From NCBI GenBank assembly GCA_031289755.1, contig JAITOU010000027.1, positions 5,643-69,642 on the forward strand: DNA of 64,000 bases, in the 5' to 3' direction. Shown here piece after piece: positions 1 through 10,010 of this stretch. Numbering within the stretch: the first letter of the stretch is position 1; each line of letters begins with the position of its first letter. The notes beneath the pieces are model-generated. The model saw only the letters and a list, made by a program, of their open reading frames with translations. It searched no databases and had not been told where the DNA came from. The position numbers were made by a program, and so were the translations under genes. The DNA is from Clostridiales bacterium (GTDB lineage Bacteria; Bacillota; Clostridia; Christensenellales; JAISNN01).

Positions 1-282
1 AAGCAGGTGAAAGAAGCTTTTACAGATAATATACGAGCAAGGAAAGTTTATAATAGTAAAATGTGGGGGTTGAGCGTAAAAACTAAAGAACGAACAGAAC
101 AAAAATTTGGAAATGGGATTATATTTGGATTAGTTGTTACGTTAAGAGAAATAAATGGTGTTAATAGAATAGAAGACTTTATCAATCAATGCTCACTTAG
201 AGGATGGCTTGTTAACAGAGTTAACGTTGATAGTAGGATCAATATTTACTACAGTGCCGAAGAAGATATTGTTTTTAAATAG
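1..282 (+). CDS. hypothetical protein, 3' end (reading frame open to window edge)
   Basis: ORF track 7..282. The frame stays open back to base 1. The region is AT-rich compared with the rest of the window. No recognisable motif. Confidence 0.3.
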   Translation, partial: KQVKEAFTDNIRARKVYNSKMWGLSVKTKERTEQKFGNGIIFGLVVTLREINGVNRIEDFINQCSLRGWLVNRVNVDSRINIYYSAEEDIVFK

Positions 283-384
283 TAAAAAATAAAGTACATG
301 GCTAAAATGCTTAACTACGAAATGTGGATAATCATGTTCTATTTTTCGTCTTTTAAACTTTTAAATTAATATTTATAACAATTT

Positions 385-413
385 TTGACAAGAACGGAAA
401 TATATGGTATAAT
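385..413 (+). promoter_or_regulatory. sigma-A-type promoter (TTGACA-N17-TATAAT)
   Basis: ttgaca at 385-390, a 17-nt spacer, and tataat at 408-413, about 90 nt upstream of the 502 ORF. Confidence 0.6.
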
Positions 414-501
414 ATTAAAAATTAGACTTTTTAAATCACGGTTTGAGTCATTGAAGAGGTCTAATTAACGAAGCAAAGGATAGCGGCGAGTCGGGGACAA
501 A

Positions 502-1674
502 ATGGCAAAAAGAAAATTTTTGAAAAAAAACGAGCTTTTTATCAAAGCCTTCAAGAATATAGACGTTCTGGATTCCGGTAAAAAAAAGAACGTCAATTTT
601 TACATTACAAACAGCAGAGTTGTAGTGAGAAGCCAAAATGATAAAAAGAGTGTTTTTTTTGGAGAGGTCAAGCTTGACGACATCGAACGTGTCAAACAAA
701 AAATTACGACGAAGCTGCGTTTTGTCTATATAGCTATTTCGCTCTTATTTGCGTTTTATGTTTATCTCGCTTATTTCAAGGCGGAATTAGGCGCGGTGCT
801 GTATCTCTTTTTTCCGGCAATCTTCTTTTTTGCATTCAGAGGACTTTTTTTGCGCGTCAAGAATATCGCGCTCTTGTTTATTTTGGCACTTGCTTTGATA
901 TGCCTGAATGTGTTATTGGCGCAGATTAACGGCAGGGCGGAGTATTGGGTCTTGATTATCGATTCGGCGGCGGCGATATTTTATATGGCTGCCGGCTTGA
1001 CGCCCGACCGCTTTGCAAGGCTTGCCATATTTGTAACCGTCAGCAATTTTATCACATACGGCGACCTGAACGACATGGTGCGTTCGGGGCTTATCAACGA
1101 CAACAACGACGACTATGTGGACAAGCTGTTGGCGGGGATAACCGATTCCGACGTCAGGAGAAGCAAAAAAGAAAAAAGACGCTTCGGCGACAAAAACGCA
1201 TTGAACGGACTCAAAGACCGAATCAACGGACAAGCATATACAAACGTCGAGATAGACGGCTATAATCCCGGCGGCGACGTCAACGGCGCGCCGGCAAGCC
1301 TTAACAGGGCGGTCATCAGGTCGCGCATAGATTTTTATTACATATACAACAAAAAAAGCACTGGGCTTTACAGCAGCTTGCGTCATGTCGTAGAACGCAA
1401 TAATATCAAGAAGGCAAACGCAAAAAACGCCAATTCGTATTTTATGCAAAGAATGCACGAGCACAGTGTCTTTGACCAAGCGGTAAAGAATATCCGCACG
1501 GTCGAAAACCTTCACGACCGTATGGACGGCTATACCGCGCCGCCGCCAAAAAAAGAAAGCCGCCGCGCCCGCAAAAAAAGAGAACGCCAAAAGGCACTTG
1601 CAAAAAAATTGCCGCCGCCGACCTTTCCGCCGCCGCCCGACAAAAGGCAGCAAGCGAGCTACCGCCGCTCTTAA
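502..1674 (+). CDS. hypothetical multi-pass membrane protein with a basic, proline-rich C-terminus
   Basis: 390-aa ORF. It has a soluble N-terminal ~70 aa, then several hydrophobic helices (FVYIAISLLFAFYVYLAYF, LYLFFPAIFFFAF, LLFILALALICLNVLLA). The tail is KKESRRARKKRERQ...PPPTFPPPP. No family recognised. Confidence 0.6.
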   Translation: MAKRKFLKKNELFIKAFKNIDVLDSGKKKNVNFYITNSRVVVRSQNDKKSVFFGEVKLDDIERVKQKITTKLRFVYIAISLLFAFYVYLAYFKAELGAVLYLFFPAIFFFAFRGLFLRVKNIALLFILALALICLNVLLAQINGRAEYWVLIIDSAAAIFYMAAGLTPDRFARLAIFVTVSNFITYGDLNDMVRSGLINDNNDDYVDKLLAGITDSDVRRSKKEKRRFGDKNALNGLKDRINGQAYTNVEIDGYNPGGDVNGAPASLNRAVIRSRIDFYYIYNKKSTGLYSSLRHVVERNNIKKANAKNANSYFMQRMHEHSVFDQAVKNIRTVENLHDRMDGYTAPPPKKESRRARKKRERQKALAKKLPPPTFPPPPDKRQQASYRRS

Positions 1675-1783
1675 AAAAGCCGACGGCGAAGGTCTTTTAG
1701 ATTATTACATAAGCAAAAAGGTATCGTCATCCGATACCTTTTTTTTGTATTAAAATATTTTCCTAAGTCTTTTTTAAGCTCAA

Positions 1784-3058
1784 TCACTTAACGTACTTGA
1801 CAGTATTACATAAAAAACAGGAGTTTGTTTCGCTTGTGAGCTGAATGCTTCCGTCCGAAATTTTTGTTTCGATAAGGGCATTCTCGGGGACAAAGCAAAT
1901 GGTTTCAATGCAGTATTGACCGGGTGACATTATCCTTATTTTTCTCCCTACGATATCGCCGTTAATCGACAAACACAAGTACGGTTCTCCCAAAACAATG
2001 TGAAAGACGTCGATATAGGACGATATTCTCATGATTTTGTTTCCAGAACCGCTGTTAAAACGCGTAAGGTCTTCCGTGCCGAAGCCGTCCGCATCCTTCC
2101 AATCGTATTTTAGAGAGCCGCCTTCCGATATGATTTCAACTCCGTTTTTTGTCATCATGCCGTATTCAGGGAAGAACTTTTCGGCAGGGTCGCCCGGAGG
2201 TCCTTGCGGACCGGCATCTCCCTTTTGACCGGGGTCGCCCTTTAAGCCTTGCTGTCCGACCGCCCCCGTATTGCCTTGTGTCCCCGTCGCGCCTTTCGGT
2301 CCGACAGGACCCGTTTGACCGGGAATGCCTTGATCTCCCTTAGGTCCTTGCGGCCCTACTTGACCCATCGGACCTTCCGGTCCTGTCGGTCCCGCGTCGC
2401 CTTGCGGTCCTTGCGGCCCTATCGGTCCGGGACAGCCCTGCGTGCCTGCCGGACCCATAGGTCCCATAGCTCCTGTCGGACCTTCCGGTCCTGCCTCTCC
2501 GAAGTCGCCCTTAGGTCCTTGCGGTCCTGACGGTCCTTCCGGTCCGGCAGGACCTTGCGGTCCTCTCGGACCTTGGTCGCCCTTAGGTCCGATAGGACCT
2601 CTCGACCCCGTCGGTCCTTGCGGACCGGGATTGCCCTTTACGCCCTGCGGCCCGATACAGCCGGGGTCGCCCTGCGGCCCTATGTCGCCGCGAATACCTT
2701 GCGGACCGGGCATACCCTTAGAGCCGGACGGACCCTTTGGTCCTATCGGCCCGGCACAGCCTTGTATTCCTTGCTGTCCGGCTTCGCCCTGTTCGCCCTT
2801 GATACCTCTCGGACCCATAGGTCCTTCCGCGCCCTGCGGTCCCGGCGGTCCGACGGGGCAGGGATTACACGGCGGAAGTGTTTTTTGGTCGCAGCATTTA
2901 GGCGTCGGACACAAAGGTTTTCCCGGAATTTGGACATTACCTTGCGGTCCGTTCGGATAGACGGGAGAAGAAATGTAATAGCCTGCGTCGCAACCGCACT
3001 TCATATTGATTTCGGCGTCGCAATATTTACAGCGATATATCTTGTTAAAATTATTCAT
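1784..3058 (-). CDS. collagen-like triple-helix-repeat protein (BclA/exosporium-like architecture)
   Basis: 424 aa with GGAGGT upstream of the ATG. The N-terminal ~69 aa contains nine Cys. About 75 uninterrupted G-X-Y triplets follow. The C-terminus is a ~130-aa globular domain. No signal peptide. Confidence 0.85.
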   Translation of the reverse strand: MNNFNKIYRCKYCDAEINMKCGCDAGYYISSPVYPNGPQGNVQIPGKPLCPTPKCCDQKTLPPCNPCPVGPPGPQGAEGPMGPRGIKGEQGEAGQQGIQGCAGPIGPKGPSGSKGMPGPQGIRGDIGPQGDPGCIGPQGVKGNPGPQGPTGSRGPIGPKGDQGPRGPQGPAGPEGPSGPQGPKGDFGEAGPEGPTGAMGPMGPAGTQGCPGPIGPQGPQGDAGPTGPEGPMGQVGPQGPKGDQGIPGQTGPVGPKGATGTQGNTGAVGQQGLKGDPGQKGDAGPQGPPGDPAEKFFPEYGMMTKNGVEIISEGGSLKYDWKDADGFGTEDLTRFNSGSGNKIMRISSYIDVFHIVLGEPYLCLSINGDIVGRKIRIMSPGQYCIETICFVPENALIETKISDGSIQLTSETNSCFLCNTVKYVK

Positions 3059-3234
3059 GCTACCTCCGTTGTAAATAACACATATGAAACAAGCCTCTAT
3101 CGGCGGTTTTTGATTGCTCCATATATTTTATCCTATTCATATAAAAAAATATTTGTTAATGGAAGGTAGTAGTTTGTTATTACATTTGAATGAATTTTAG
3201 GCGAAAAGTGCGGGAGAATAGGGGATATTTGCTT

Positions 3235-4911
3235 TTAAAAACCGAGAGCCGAGCCGGTGTATATCTCTCCGGTTTTGAGATTGAAGTATAATTCTTTTTC
3301 CGTTCCGTCTTCGGCAAAGGTTATTTTTATATCCTGTTGGGAGATGTATTCGGCGGAGATGATTTTTGAAGCACGTTTTGTAAAGGCGTTTTTAAGAGCT
3401 TCGGTTTGTCTTGGGTCGTACTTGTTGATGTCGTCGGAAACAAAGAGAACGCCGCCGAACAAATTGTTTATGCGTGCGAGAAGAAGCTTTTGTTCTTCGG
3501 TAAACTTGATGTTGTCGTTGCGGAGAAAAAAGACGTCGGGGTCGCCGCAAAAGGCTCTGCCGTTTAGGTGACGGCGGAAGATTGTGTTGTTGATAGAATT
3601 TTGGGTGGAGATGATTTCGGCGTTGACACCTAAGGTGTTGTAATATCTTCCTTTGTAGGTCAGGTCGGCGTCGCAGCCCGTGCGGCAGGCATCGACATAT
3701 CCGAATGCCGCGCCGAGCGGAACGCCGCAGCCTAATATCAGCTTGTCCTTTGCGCATTCGCGCAAAAATTCCATAGCTTCGCACATAATCGTTCCGCGTG
3801 TTTTGTTGTTTCTGGGCTGCATACATTGCGAATAAAGAAAATCGAGTTTGAGCATATCGAATTTCCATTCGCCGGTCACGACGTCAAAAACATTTTTTAT
3901 GTATTTGCGAACGTCTTCGTTGTAGATATCAAGGCTGTACGCGCCTTTCCATGCGACCACTCCGAGCAGGGGTTTGCCGGTCTTATTGTCTTTTATCAGC
4001 CAATCGGGGTGCTGTGCCGCGAGCTTTGAAGCTCTTTGGGCATTGAACGGAGCGAGCCACAGTCCGGCGAGAAAGCCTGCGTCGTGGATTTTTTGAGCGG
4101 CATACGCCATTCCGTTCGGGAATTTTGACGGGTTAGGGTCGAGCCAATCGCCGACAAAGGTTTCGTAGCCGTCGTCAATTTGAAAAATATTTGCTTTGTC
4201 CTTGACCTTTGTCAAGCCTTCTAAGTCGCGGAGTATTATATCCTCGTCTATTTTTTGGAAGTAATTGTACCAGCTTGTATAGCCGGACATAGCTTTGATT
4301 TTCAAATCCTTTATTCCGTACGCCGAAAAATATTTGTCAAAAACGTCGTCGTATTCGCCCGAGATGATGGCTATATCAAAGACCTTGTATTTGCCGTCTA
4401 AGGTCAGCCCTTCGACGTCTTTTTCTATGACAAAAGAGCCGACGTTCATGTCGCGCTTAAAAATCGTAAAGCCTTCTCTTTCGGACAGCGAGCCTAATAG
4501 CCGTACTTCGCTGCCGTGACGGAAATAGCAGTAGGTAAAGCTGTGAAAAAGACCTTTCTTTTTGGGATAATCCACAAACAAATAATCGCCGGAGACAGCC
4601 GCGAGAGCTTTGAGCTTAGGGTGAATTTCGGCGATAGGCGTCACGCCCGTTTGCTTGTCGCCGATACCGTATTCACGCGACGTAGTCCATGCGGAATATC
4701 CGTTGGAATAAAAAAGCTCGTCTTGAAGGCGGTCTATTGTGTATAAGAGCGCAAATTTTTTGAGCGAGCAGGGTAGCTTTGTCGTCAAAAACATTTGCAA
4801 ACGGTCGGCTTTTATAGAGTATTCTATGTCATAGTGTTCCGTATTGAGCGCAGTTTGAGAATACTTGACGCCGTTTAATTCATATTCGATTGAGAGAGAA
4901 AAATTGTCCAT
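3235..4911 (-). CDS. alpha-galactosidase (GH36/clan GH-D melibiase-type)
   Basis: 558 aa. Motifs: FQIDDGYETFVGDWL, GLWLAPF, HPDWLIKD, FDMLKLDFLY and CGDPDVFFLR, typical of melibiase-family enzymes. Confidence 0.8.
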   Translation of the reverse strand: MDNFSLSIEYELNGVKYSQTALNTEHYDIEYSIKADRLQMFLTTKLPCSLKKFALLYTIDRLQDELFYSNGYSAWTTSREYGIGDKQTGVTPIAEIHPKLKALAAVSGDYLFVDYPKKKGLFHSFTYCYFRHGSEVRLLGSLSEREGFTIFKRDMNVGSFVIEKDVEGLTLDGKYKVFDIAIISGEYDDVFDKYFSAYGIKDLKIKAMSGYTSWYNYFQKIDEDIILRDLEGLTKVKDKANIFQIDDGYETFVGDWLDPNPSKFPNGMAYAAQKIHDAGFLAGLWLAPFNAQRASKLAAQHPDWLIKDNKTGKPLLGVVAWKGAYSLDIYNEDVRKYIKNVFDVVTGEWKFDMLKLDFLYSQCMQPRNNKTRGTIMCEAMEFLRECAKDKLILGCGVPLGAAFGYVDACRTGCDADLTYKGRYYNTLGVNAEIISTQNSINNTIFRRHLNGRAFCGDPDVFFLRNDNIKFTEEQKLLLARINNLFGGVLFVSDDINKYDPRQTEALKNAFTKRASKIISAEYISQQDIKITFAEDGTEKELYFNLKTGEIYTGSALGF

Positions 4912-5191
4912 AAATACCTCGCCGTAAAATTATTTAAAAAAGATGTGACGGCATTTTAAATACCCGCTAAGTAGATTGACTTTCTTTATTTTTATTATAG
5001 CATAAAAATTGTTTTTATTTACTATTAATAATGTAAAAATCGCCAAAAGCTTTTATATTACGGCATAAATGAATAATTTTTTTGTACATAAATAATTTAT
5101 AATAGATTTGTCTGCGTGATATCGGGCAGCCGTGAAATATCCGCGCCGAAGGGACGGATTTTTAAAAAATTTTGAAGGTATAAGGACGAGC

Positions 5192-5527
5192 ATGAATTGC
5201 AAAATATCCAACTATTTATTATCTTTGGGCTTTATACCTAACAAAATAGGATATAAATATCTTGTGGACCTGATAAAAATGGGTATCGAAGGCGTAGATA
5301 TTTTGCCCTTATCAAAAAACGGATATCTTCTTCTCGCGGAGAAATATCTCAAATCGTCGTCGACGATAGAAAAAGATATTCAGAACGCCGTTTCATCGGC
5401 GTGGCTCAAAGGCGACGTCGACGTCTTGAACAACGAATTTGGTTCGACGATAGATATGAGAAAGGGAAAGCCTTCAAATAAGCATTTTATTTTGACGGCG
5501 ATAGAAAAAATCGGATATTACGGCTAA
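5192..5527 (+). CDS. stand-alone Spo0A C-terminal (DNA-binding) domain protein
   Basis: GFIPNKIGYKYLVDLI...TIEKDIQNAVSSAWLKGDVDVLNNEFG...KGKPSNKHFILTAIEKI aligns with the B. subtilis Spo0A effector domain (GVPAHIKGYLYLREAI...[26 protein letters not shown]...KPTNSEFIAMVADKL). There is no receiver domain. I prefer the ATG at 5192 (AAGGA upstream) over the GTG at 5132. Confidence 0.75.
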   Translation: MNCKISNYLLSLGFIPNKIGYKYLVDLIKMGIEGVDILPLSKNGYLLLAEKYLKSSSTIEKDIQNAVSSAWLKGDVDVLNNEFGSTIDMRKGKPSNKHFILTAIEKIGYYG

Positions 5528-5782
5528 GGCGGCACGGCGCGGAGCGATGCGCGGCTTGCCGCAGAATGTCCGCTTTGATTTTGACCGGAAAATTTGACGG
5601 CTTAGCCTAAGGGTATACATTATACTTTTCGATTCGCGCTCCGTTGCCCTGATTTTATGTCGCAATAAGATAAAAATAAGCGCGGACGGCAATTTAAACA
5701 CGGAACGCAAAAAACGCTTTGGTTACAACGTATGCGGACTTAAAGCAAAAAAGACGTTTTTTCAAAAAAAGAGAGGCTTTGA

Positions 5783-6574
5783 ATGGGGCGTAAATTAGTA
5801 TTCACATCAGGAAAGGGCGGAGTCGGAAAAACCACTATGTGCGCGAACATAGGTATAGCTTTGTCTATACTCGGCAACAAGGTCGTGATGGTGGACGCGG
5901 ATATCGGTCTAAATAATCTCGATGTCGTCATGTGTATGGAAAATAAGGTGACTTACGATATAGCCGATGTAGTGGAGGGGAAATGCCGCCTAAAACAGGC
6001 TCTCATACAGGACGCGGATTTTCCGAGCTTGTATGTGCTTCCGTCCTTTCACAATTATGACACGGCGAATATCACGGCGTCAAATTTTAAGAGCATAACC
6101 GATACTCTCTCAACCGGCTTTGACTATGTGATAATCGATTGCCCTGCCGGTATAGACTCCGGCTTTCACAGAGCCGTCGCCGCCGCGTCCGAAGCCTATG
6201 TCGTCACTACGCCGCATATATCGGCGGTCAGAGATGCCGATAAGGTTATGGCTCTTTTGAACGGTTATCCGCTGCTCAATATCGGTCTGATAGTCAACCG
6301 CGTTCGGGGCGATATGGTGGTCAACGGTGAGATGATGACGGCGGGGGACATTTCGAGATTGCTTAAATGCACGCCGACGGGCGTAGTGCCGGACGACGAC
6401 AGCATAAGCATAAAATCCGATATCATGCGCCACACGACCGAATGCGAGGTCAAGCAGGCGATAATGATACTCGCCGAAAACATTTCGAGCGGTAAGCGGC
6501 ACATCTACGACTGTACAAACGATTACAGGGGGATTTTCGGCAAGCTCAAAGTCAAGATAAGAAAAATGTTTTGA
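5783..6574 (+). CDS. minD: septum site-determining ATPase MinD
   Basis: 263 aa. Deviant Walker A SGKGGVGKTT, VVMVDADIGLNNLD, and full-length MinD-like colinearity. Confidence 0.9.
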   Translation: MGRKLVFTSGKGGVGKTTMCANIGIALSILGNKVVMVDADIGLNNLDVVMCMENKVTYDIADVVEGKCRLKQALIQDADFPSLYVLPSFHNYDTANITASNFKSITDTLSTGFDYVIIDCPAGIDSGFHRAVAAASEAYVVTTPHISAVRDADKVMALLNGYPLLNIGLIVNRVRGDMVVNGEMMTAGDISRLLKCTPTGVVPDDDSISIKSDIMRHTTECEVKQAIMILAENISSGKRHIYDCTNDYRGIFGKLKVKIRKMF

Positions 6575-6620
6575 TACCGCAATCGGCAAGATTTAGATTT
6601 CACGGAGTAGTGGGGAAATT

Positions 6621-6863
6621 ATGAAGGAAGCCAATAAAACCGCCGGACGGCTCAAAAATGTTCTCATGATAGATAAAATAAAATCGCCGTCGGGACTCGA
6701 AGACGTATTGAAAAGCGACGTGTACGGAGTATTGGAAAATTATTTCGATATCATTCCGCCGAGCATAGACGTAAGGCTTAATATAGACGAAAACAACTTA
6801 TACGATATAAGAATATCCCTAAAAGCCAAAAACGCCAAAAGTATCGGTATTATCATTAAATAA
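6621..6863 (+). CDS. minE: cell-division topological specificity factor MinE
   Basis: 80 aa immediately after minD. AGRLKNVLMIDKIKSPSGLEDVLKSDVYGVLENYFDI resembles the MinE signature AKERLQLLLVHDR...LEMIKEDIL.VIS.YV.ID. Confidence 0.7.
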   Translation: MKEANKTAGRLKNVLMIDKIKSPSGLEDVLKSDVYGVLENYFDIIPPSIDVRLNIDENNLYDIRISLKAKNAKSIGIIIK

Positions 6864-6989
6864 CGGGATAGCGTCGGGAACATTTCTTAAAAGTTCATCT
6901 CATTTGTGCGGTCTTCCCCTTGATATTTTCACGAAAAAGACCTATAATTAAAGCCTAAGCTTTGATTTGTTTGTGAAAAGGAGAGAAAG

Positions 6990-7856
6990 ATGACCCGTGA
7001 CAAGATGATTAAAAGAGGATTGCTCATAAAACGCGCTATGGCGTTTATTACAAAAATAAACCCCGTTAAGCCTAAGCTTGTCGGACAAGAAAGGTTTGTC
7101 GATACGGTGCAAGGCAAGATAAGAGTTTTAGAATACGGCTTCGATAGGCAATGTATCGAACCGCTGTATGCGGATATGCACGGCGGCGGTTTTATTCTTT
7201 TGTCCGCCGATATCGACGAGCCTATGAACCTTTATCTGAGAGAAAAGACAAAGGTAAAAATAATCAGTATCGATTATCCCAAAGCCCCCGAAAGGCCTTA
7301 TCCTATCGCCGTAGAAGCGGTATATGACGTTATCAAGCACTATGCCGACAATGCCGCAGCCTACAAAATCGACGCGAGCCGCATAGGTATCGGGGGACAC
7401 AGCGCAGGCGCAAATTTGGCTGCGGTCACTTGTCTTCGGGCGAAGGAAAAGGGGGATTTGTCCTTTAAGCTTCAACTGCTGGATTATCCGCCGTTAGATT
7501 TATATACCGACCCTTTTGACAAGCCGACACCAAAAAAGGCTATACCGCCAAAAATGGCGGAGGCATTTAACGCTTGCTATGTCGAACGGGAAGACGCGTC
7601 GTCGCCTTATGCTTCGCCTGTTTTTGCATCGTCGGAGCAGCTATCTCAAATGCCGCCGGCTTTGCTGATTGTCGCGGGACGGGATTCGCTTCACGACGAA
7701 GGAGTAAGGTACGGCGGTATGCTGAAAGACGCCGGAGCTTCCGTCGAGCTTCATGACTTCCCGAATGCGAAACACGGCTTTACGATGAACAAAAAAGCTC
7801 CCGACACCGCAAAAGCACTTGAAATCATGGCGGATTTTATCAACAAAAACATATAA
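6990..7856 (+). CDS. alpha/beta-hydrolase fold-3 (HSL-type) esterase/lipase
   Basis: HGGGF oxyanion motif, a GGHSAGANLA nucleophile elbow, and C-terminal D...H (GRDSLHDEG, AKHGF). AAAGGAG lies upstream of the ATG. Confidence 0.8.
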   Translation: MTRDKMIKRGLLIKRAMAFITKINPVKPKLVGQERFVDTVQGKIRVLEYGFDRQCIEPLYADMHGGGFILLSADIDEPMNLYLREKTKVKIISIDYPKAPERPYPIAVEAVYDVIKHYADNAAAYKIDASRIGIGGHSAGANLAAVTCLRAKEKGDLSFKLQLLDYPPLDLYTDPFDKPTPKKAIPPKMAEAFNACYVEREDASSPYASPVFASSEQLSQMPPALLIVAGRDSLHDEGVRYGGMLKDAGASVELHDFPNAKHGFTMNKKAPDTAKALEIMADFINKNI

Positions 7857-8002
7857 AATTTATGCGTCGAATCAAAAACTTTCAGACGTTTGTTTTTAGG
7901 TCGTTTTTTTTATTTATAAAAAAAGCTGTAAAAATCGCTCTTTAATAAATCTTGAATGAAAATTCTATTTTATTTTTTTTAAATTTATGATATAATAAAA
8001 CT

Positions 8003-8839
8003 ATGAAATATATTCATTATACTTTCAACTACTTAAAAAATAAAAATAAGTTTTGGAAATTGGCATTTTTTACATTTTTGCCCGCCGTTTTGATGGGCTT
8101 TATTGCGCCGCTTCCGACCTTAAACGAGTTTTTATTTGATTTTTTTGCCGTAGAAAACGACTTTTGGCATATTTTTATCAACGTCACGGGATTGACCGTG
8201 CCGTCTGCCGCGCTTTGGCCCGTGTCGCTCATTGTCGCCGCCTTGACGCTCAGTTATACTTCGGCGATTATAGAACGCGATATGCACGTCGGCGACTTTC
8301 ATTATGTGCAATTCGGCAGAAGTATCAATAACAATTTTTTTGCGTATCTTTGCTTTATCTTCTTTTCCGTCGTAGGCGCGGAATTTATGCTTTTTGTAGC
8401 GGCACTCTTCATCAATCTCTGGGTCGTAGTTTCTAACGGTCTTACCGGCTTGGCTTTTGTACTTACCTGCGTATCTTTGCTGCTTGCGGTATTGCTGTTG
8501 GCGGCGATTTTTTCTATGATTATTATATGGCCGGCGTTTATGATTTATACAGGCACAAAGCCTTTTTCGGCACTCGGTAATATCCTTAGGCTCAAACGCA
8601 GCAAATGGGAAATAGCCGCCGCCGTGATACTCCCCGTGCTTGTGTACGAAGTCATTATAATAGTTTTTACGCTCTTCAAAATAACCGCTCTCGAAAAAAT
8701 CGTCAATATAATATTTTTGACCTTTGTCGGGGTATATTGTCCCGTGCTTATCAATACCGTTTACTATGATGTTTCGGGGCAGGAGAGAGAGGATTTAAAG
8801 AAGCTCAGTCTGTGGAATCGCCGCAATAACGTAATGTAA
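8003..8839 (+). CDS. hypothetical polytopic membrane protein
   Basis: 278 aa with about 6 hydrophobic helices. No recognisable family. Confidence 0.55.
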   Translation: MKYIHYTFNYLKNKNKFWKLAFFTFLPAVLMGFIAPLPTLNEFLFDFFAVENDFWHIFINVTGLTVPSAALWPVSLIVAALTLSYTSAIIERDMHVGDFHYVQFGRSINNNFFAYLCFIFFSVVGAEFMLFVAALFINLWVVVSNGLTGLAFVLTCVSLLLAVLLLAAIFSMIIIWPAFMIYTGTKPFSALGNILRLKRSKWEIAAAVILPVLVYEVIIIVFTLFKITALEKIVNIIFLTFVGVYCPVLINTVYYDVSGQEREDLKKLSLWNRRNNVM

Positions 8840-8925
8840 AAGCGCAGGCTTTTTGACGGGCGGCTCGCGGCTTATCGTAATAAACTTATGAAGTGTCCGA
8901 CGGTTTAAAAATAAAGGATTGTATT

Positions 8926-9846
8926 ATGTATTTGAAATATTCCGTATCGATATTGTTGTCTAATTTGGGTTTGGTCTTTAAAACCTTTTTATATTCCGTA
9001 TGTATCCTGCTTGCCGCCGCCGCCATAGGCGCGGGGATACTTGTACCTACCCTAAAACCTGTCTACGAAGAAATCGAAGCCGACGGCTATATAGACGAAG
9101 TGAGCGACGTCACAAACGGCTTGCTGCGCGACGGAAATATCGCCAAGGCGTCAGAAGAATATACCGATATATACAACGGCGTCGTTGAAATTATTCGGCA
9201 GCATACCGGCAAGCTTTTTTTTAGCTACGGTTACGTCGTGTTTTTGATGTTGTTGGTCGGATTTTTTAAGGCTACCTTTGATTATGCTTCCGCGTCGCTT
9301 TTGAACGACTATATGTCGTCTAAGCTGAGAAGCAGACTCATGCCGAAATATTTATTGATGGCGGGCAAGTCTTACGGTTATGCCGCGCTCAAAGTTTTGA
9401 TTTCGGGAGCGTTGACCGCCGTGATTTTCCTTTTGCTCGCGCTTTTTGTGCGCTATACCGCGCCGTTTATCAATTTCTTTACGGCGACCTTTGCCATATT
9501 GATAAGCATATTGCTTTTGTCGCTGAAATTCGTTTTGTTTGCGGATTGGCTGCCTAATATTTTGAACGGCGACAAGGTAGGCGACGCTCTCAAAAAGAGC
9601 GTTAAAGACAACACGCGTCTGGTCTTTGGCAATAAGTTTACGACGGCGTTGTGCTTCTATACCGTCATGACGATATGCGTTTTGACCTTTACGCTGACGA
9701 CCTTCGGCTTTATTTTGTTGATTATAATCCCTATAAGCACCTGTCTGTTGAGAATAATGGAGCTTACAAATTATTACGCATCCGTCGGCAATAGGTTTTA
9801 TACCGACGACTTTACGATAAAAAATCCCGTTAAAAATATAAAATAG
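8926..9846 (+). CDS. hypothetical polytopic membrane protein
   Basis: The ORF track gives 8893..9846. I prefer the ATG at 8926 (AAAGGA 7 nt upstream). Multiple hydrophobic helices. No family recognised. Confidence 0.55.
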   Translation: MYLKYSVSILLSNLGLVFKTFLYSVCILLAAAAIGAGILVPTLKPVYEEIEADGYIDEVSDVTNGLLRDGNIAKASEEYTDIYNGVVEIIRQHTGKLFFSYGYVVFLMLLVGFFKATFDYASASLLNDYMSSKLRSRLMPKYLLMAGKSYGYAALKVLISGALTAVIFLLLALFVRYTAPFINFFTATFAILISILLLSLKFVLFADWLPNILNGDKVGDALKKSVKDNTRLVFGNKFTTALCFYTVMTICVLTFTLTTFGFILLIIIPISTCLLRIMELTNYYASVGNRFYTDDFTIKNPVKNIK

Positions 9847-9949
9847 TATTTGACTCTTCCTACTCTCCGCCGACATATTTTGCGTCTTTTTGCCTTATAT
9901 ATTGCCGTCAAAAAAATGTGTGCGCTTGTATTTATTCGGCAACTACAAG

Positions 9950-9988
9950 TAAAAAATAAAAAAGGCGCGAAAAATTGCGTCTTTTTTA
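9950..9988. terminator. bidirectional intrinsic terminator
   Basis: An A-run, then the hairpin aggcgc/gcgtct (9963-9982), then a T-run. It lies between the convergent genes ending at 9846 (+) and 10011 (-). Confidence 0.55.
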
Positions 9989-10010
9989 TATTTGCTTTCA
10001 AGCACAAAAA

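Noticed and set aside
913-1653. 246-codon ORF antisense to the 502-1674 membrane-protein gene (and 945-1265 in another + frame)
   Set aside because: The translation is Arg/Val-rich and low in complexity, there is no SD, and the ORF is entirely nested in a sense ORF with sensible TM-helix organisation.
2031-3169. Several 60-200-codon ORFs on the + strand opposite the collagen-like gene (2031-2228, 2149-2343, 2249-2530, 2442-2960, 2555-3169, plus 2743-2937 on the minus strand)
   Set aside because: They are frame artefacts of the GC-rich G-X-Y repeat. The reverse complement of GGN-CCN-NNN periodic DNA is stop-poor. They give low-complexity Pro/Arg/Ser-rich translations, lack an SD, and lie wholly within a well-supported CDS.
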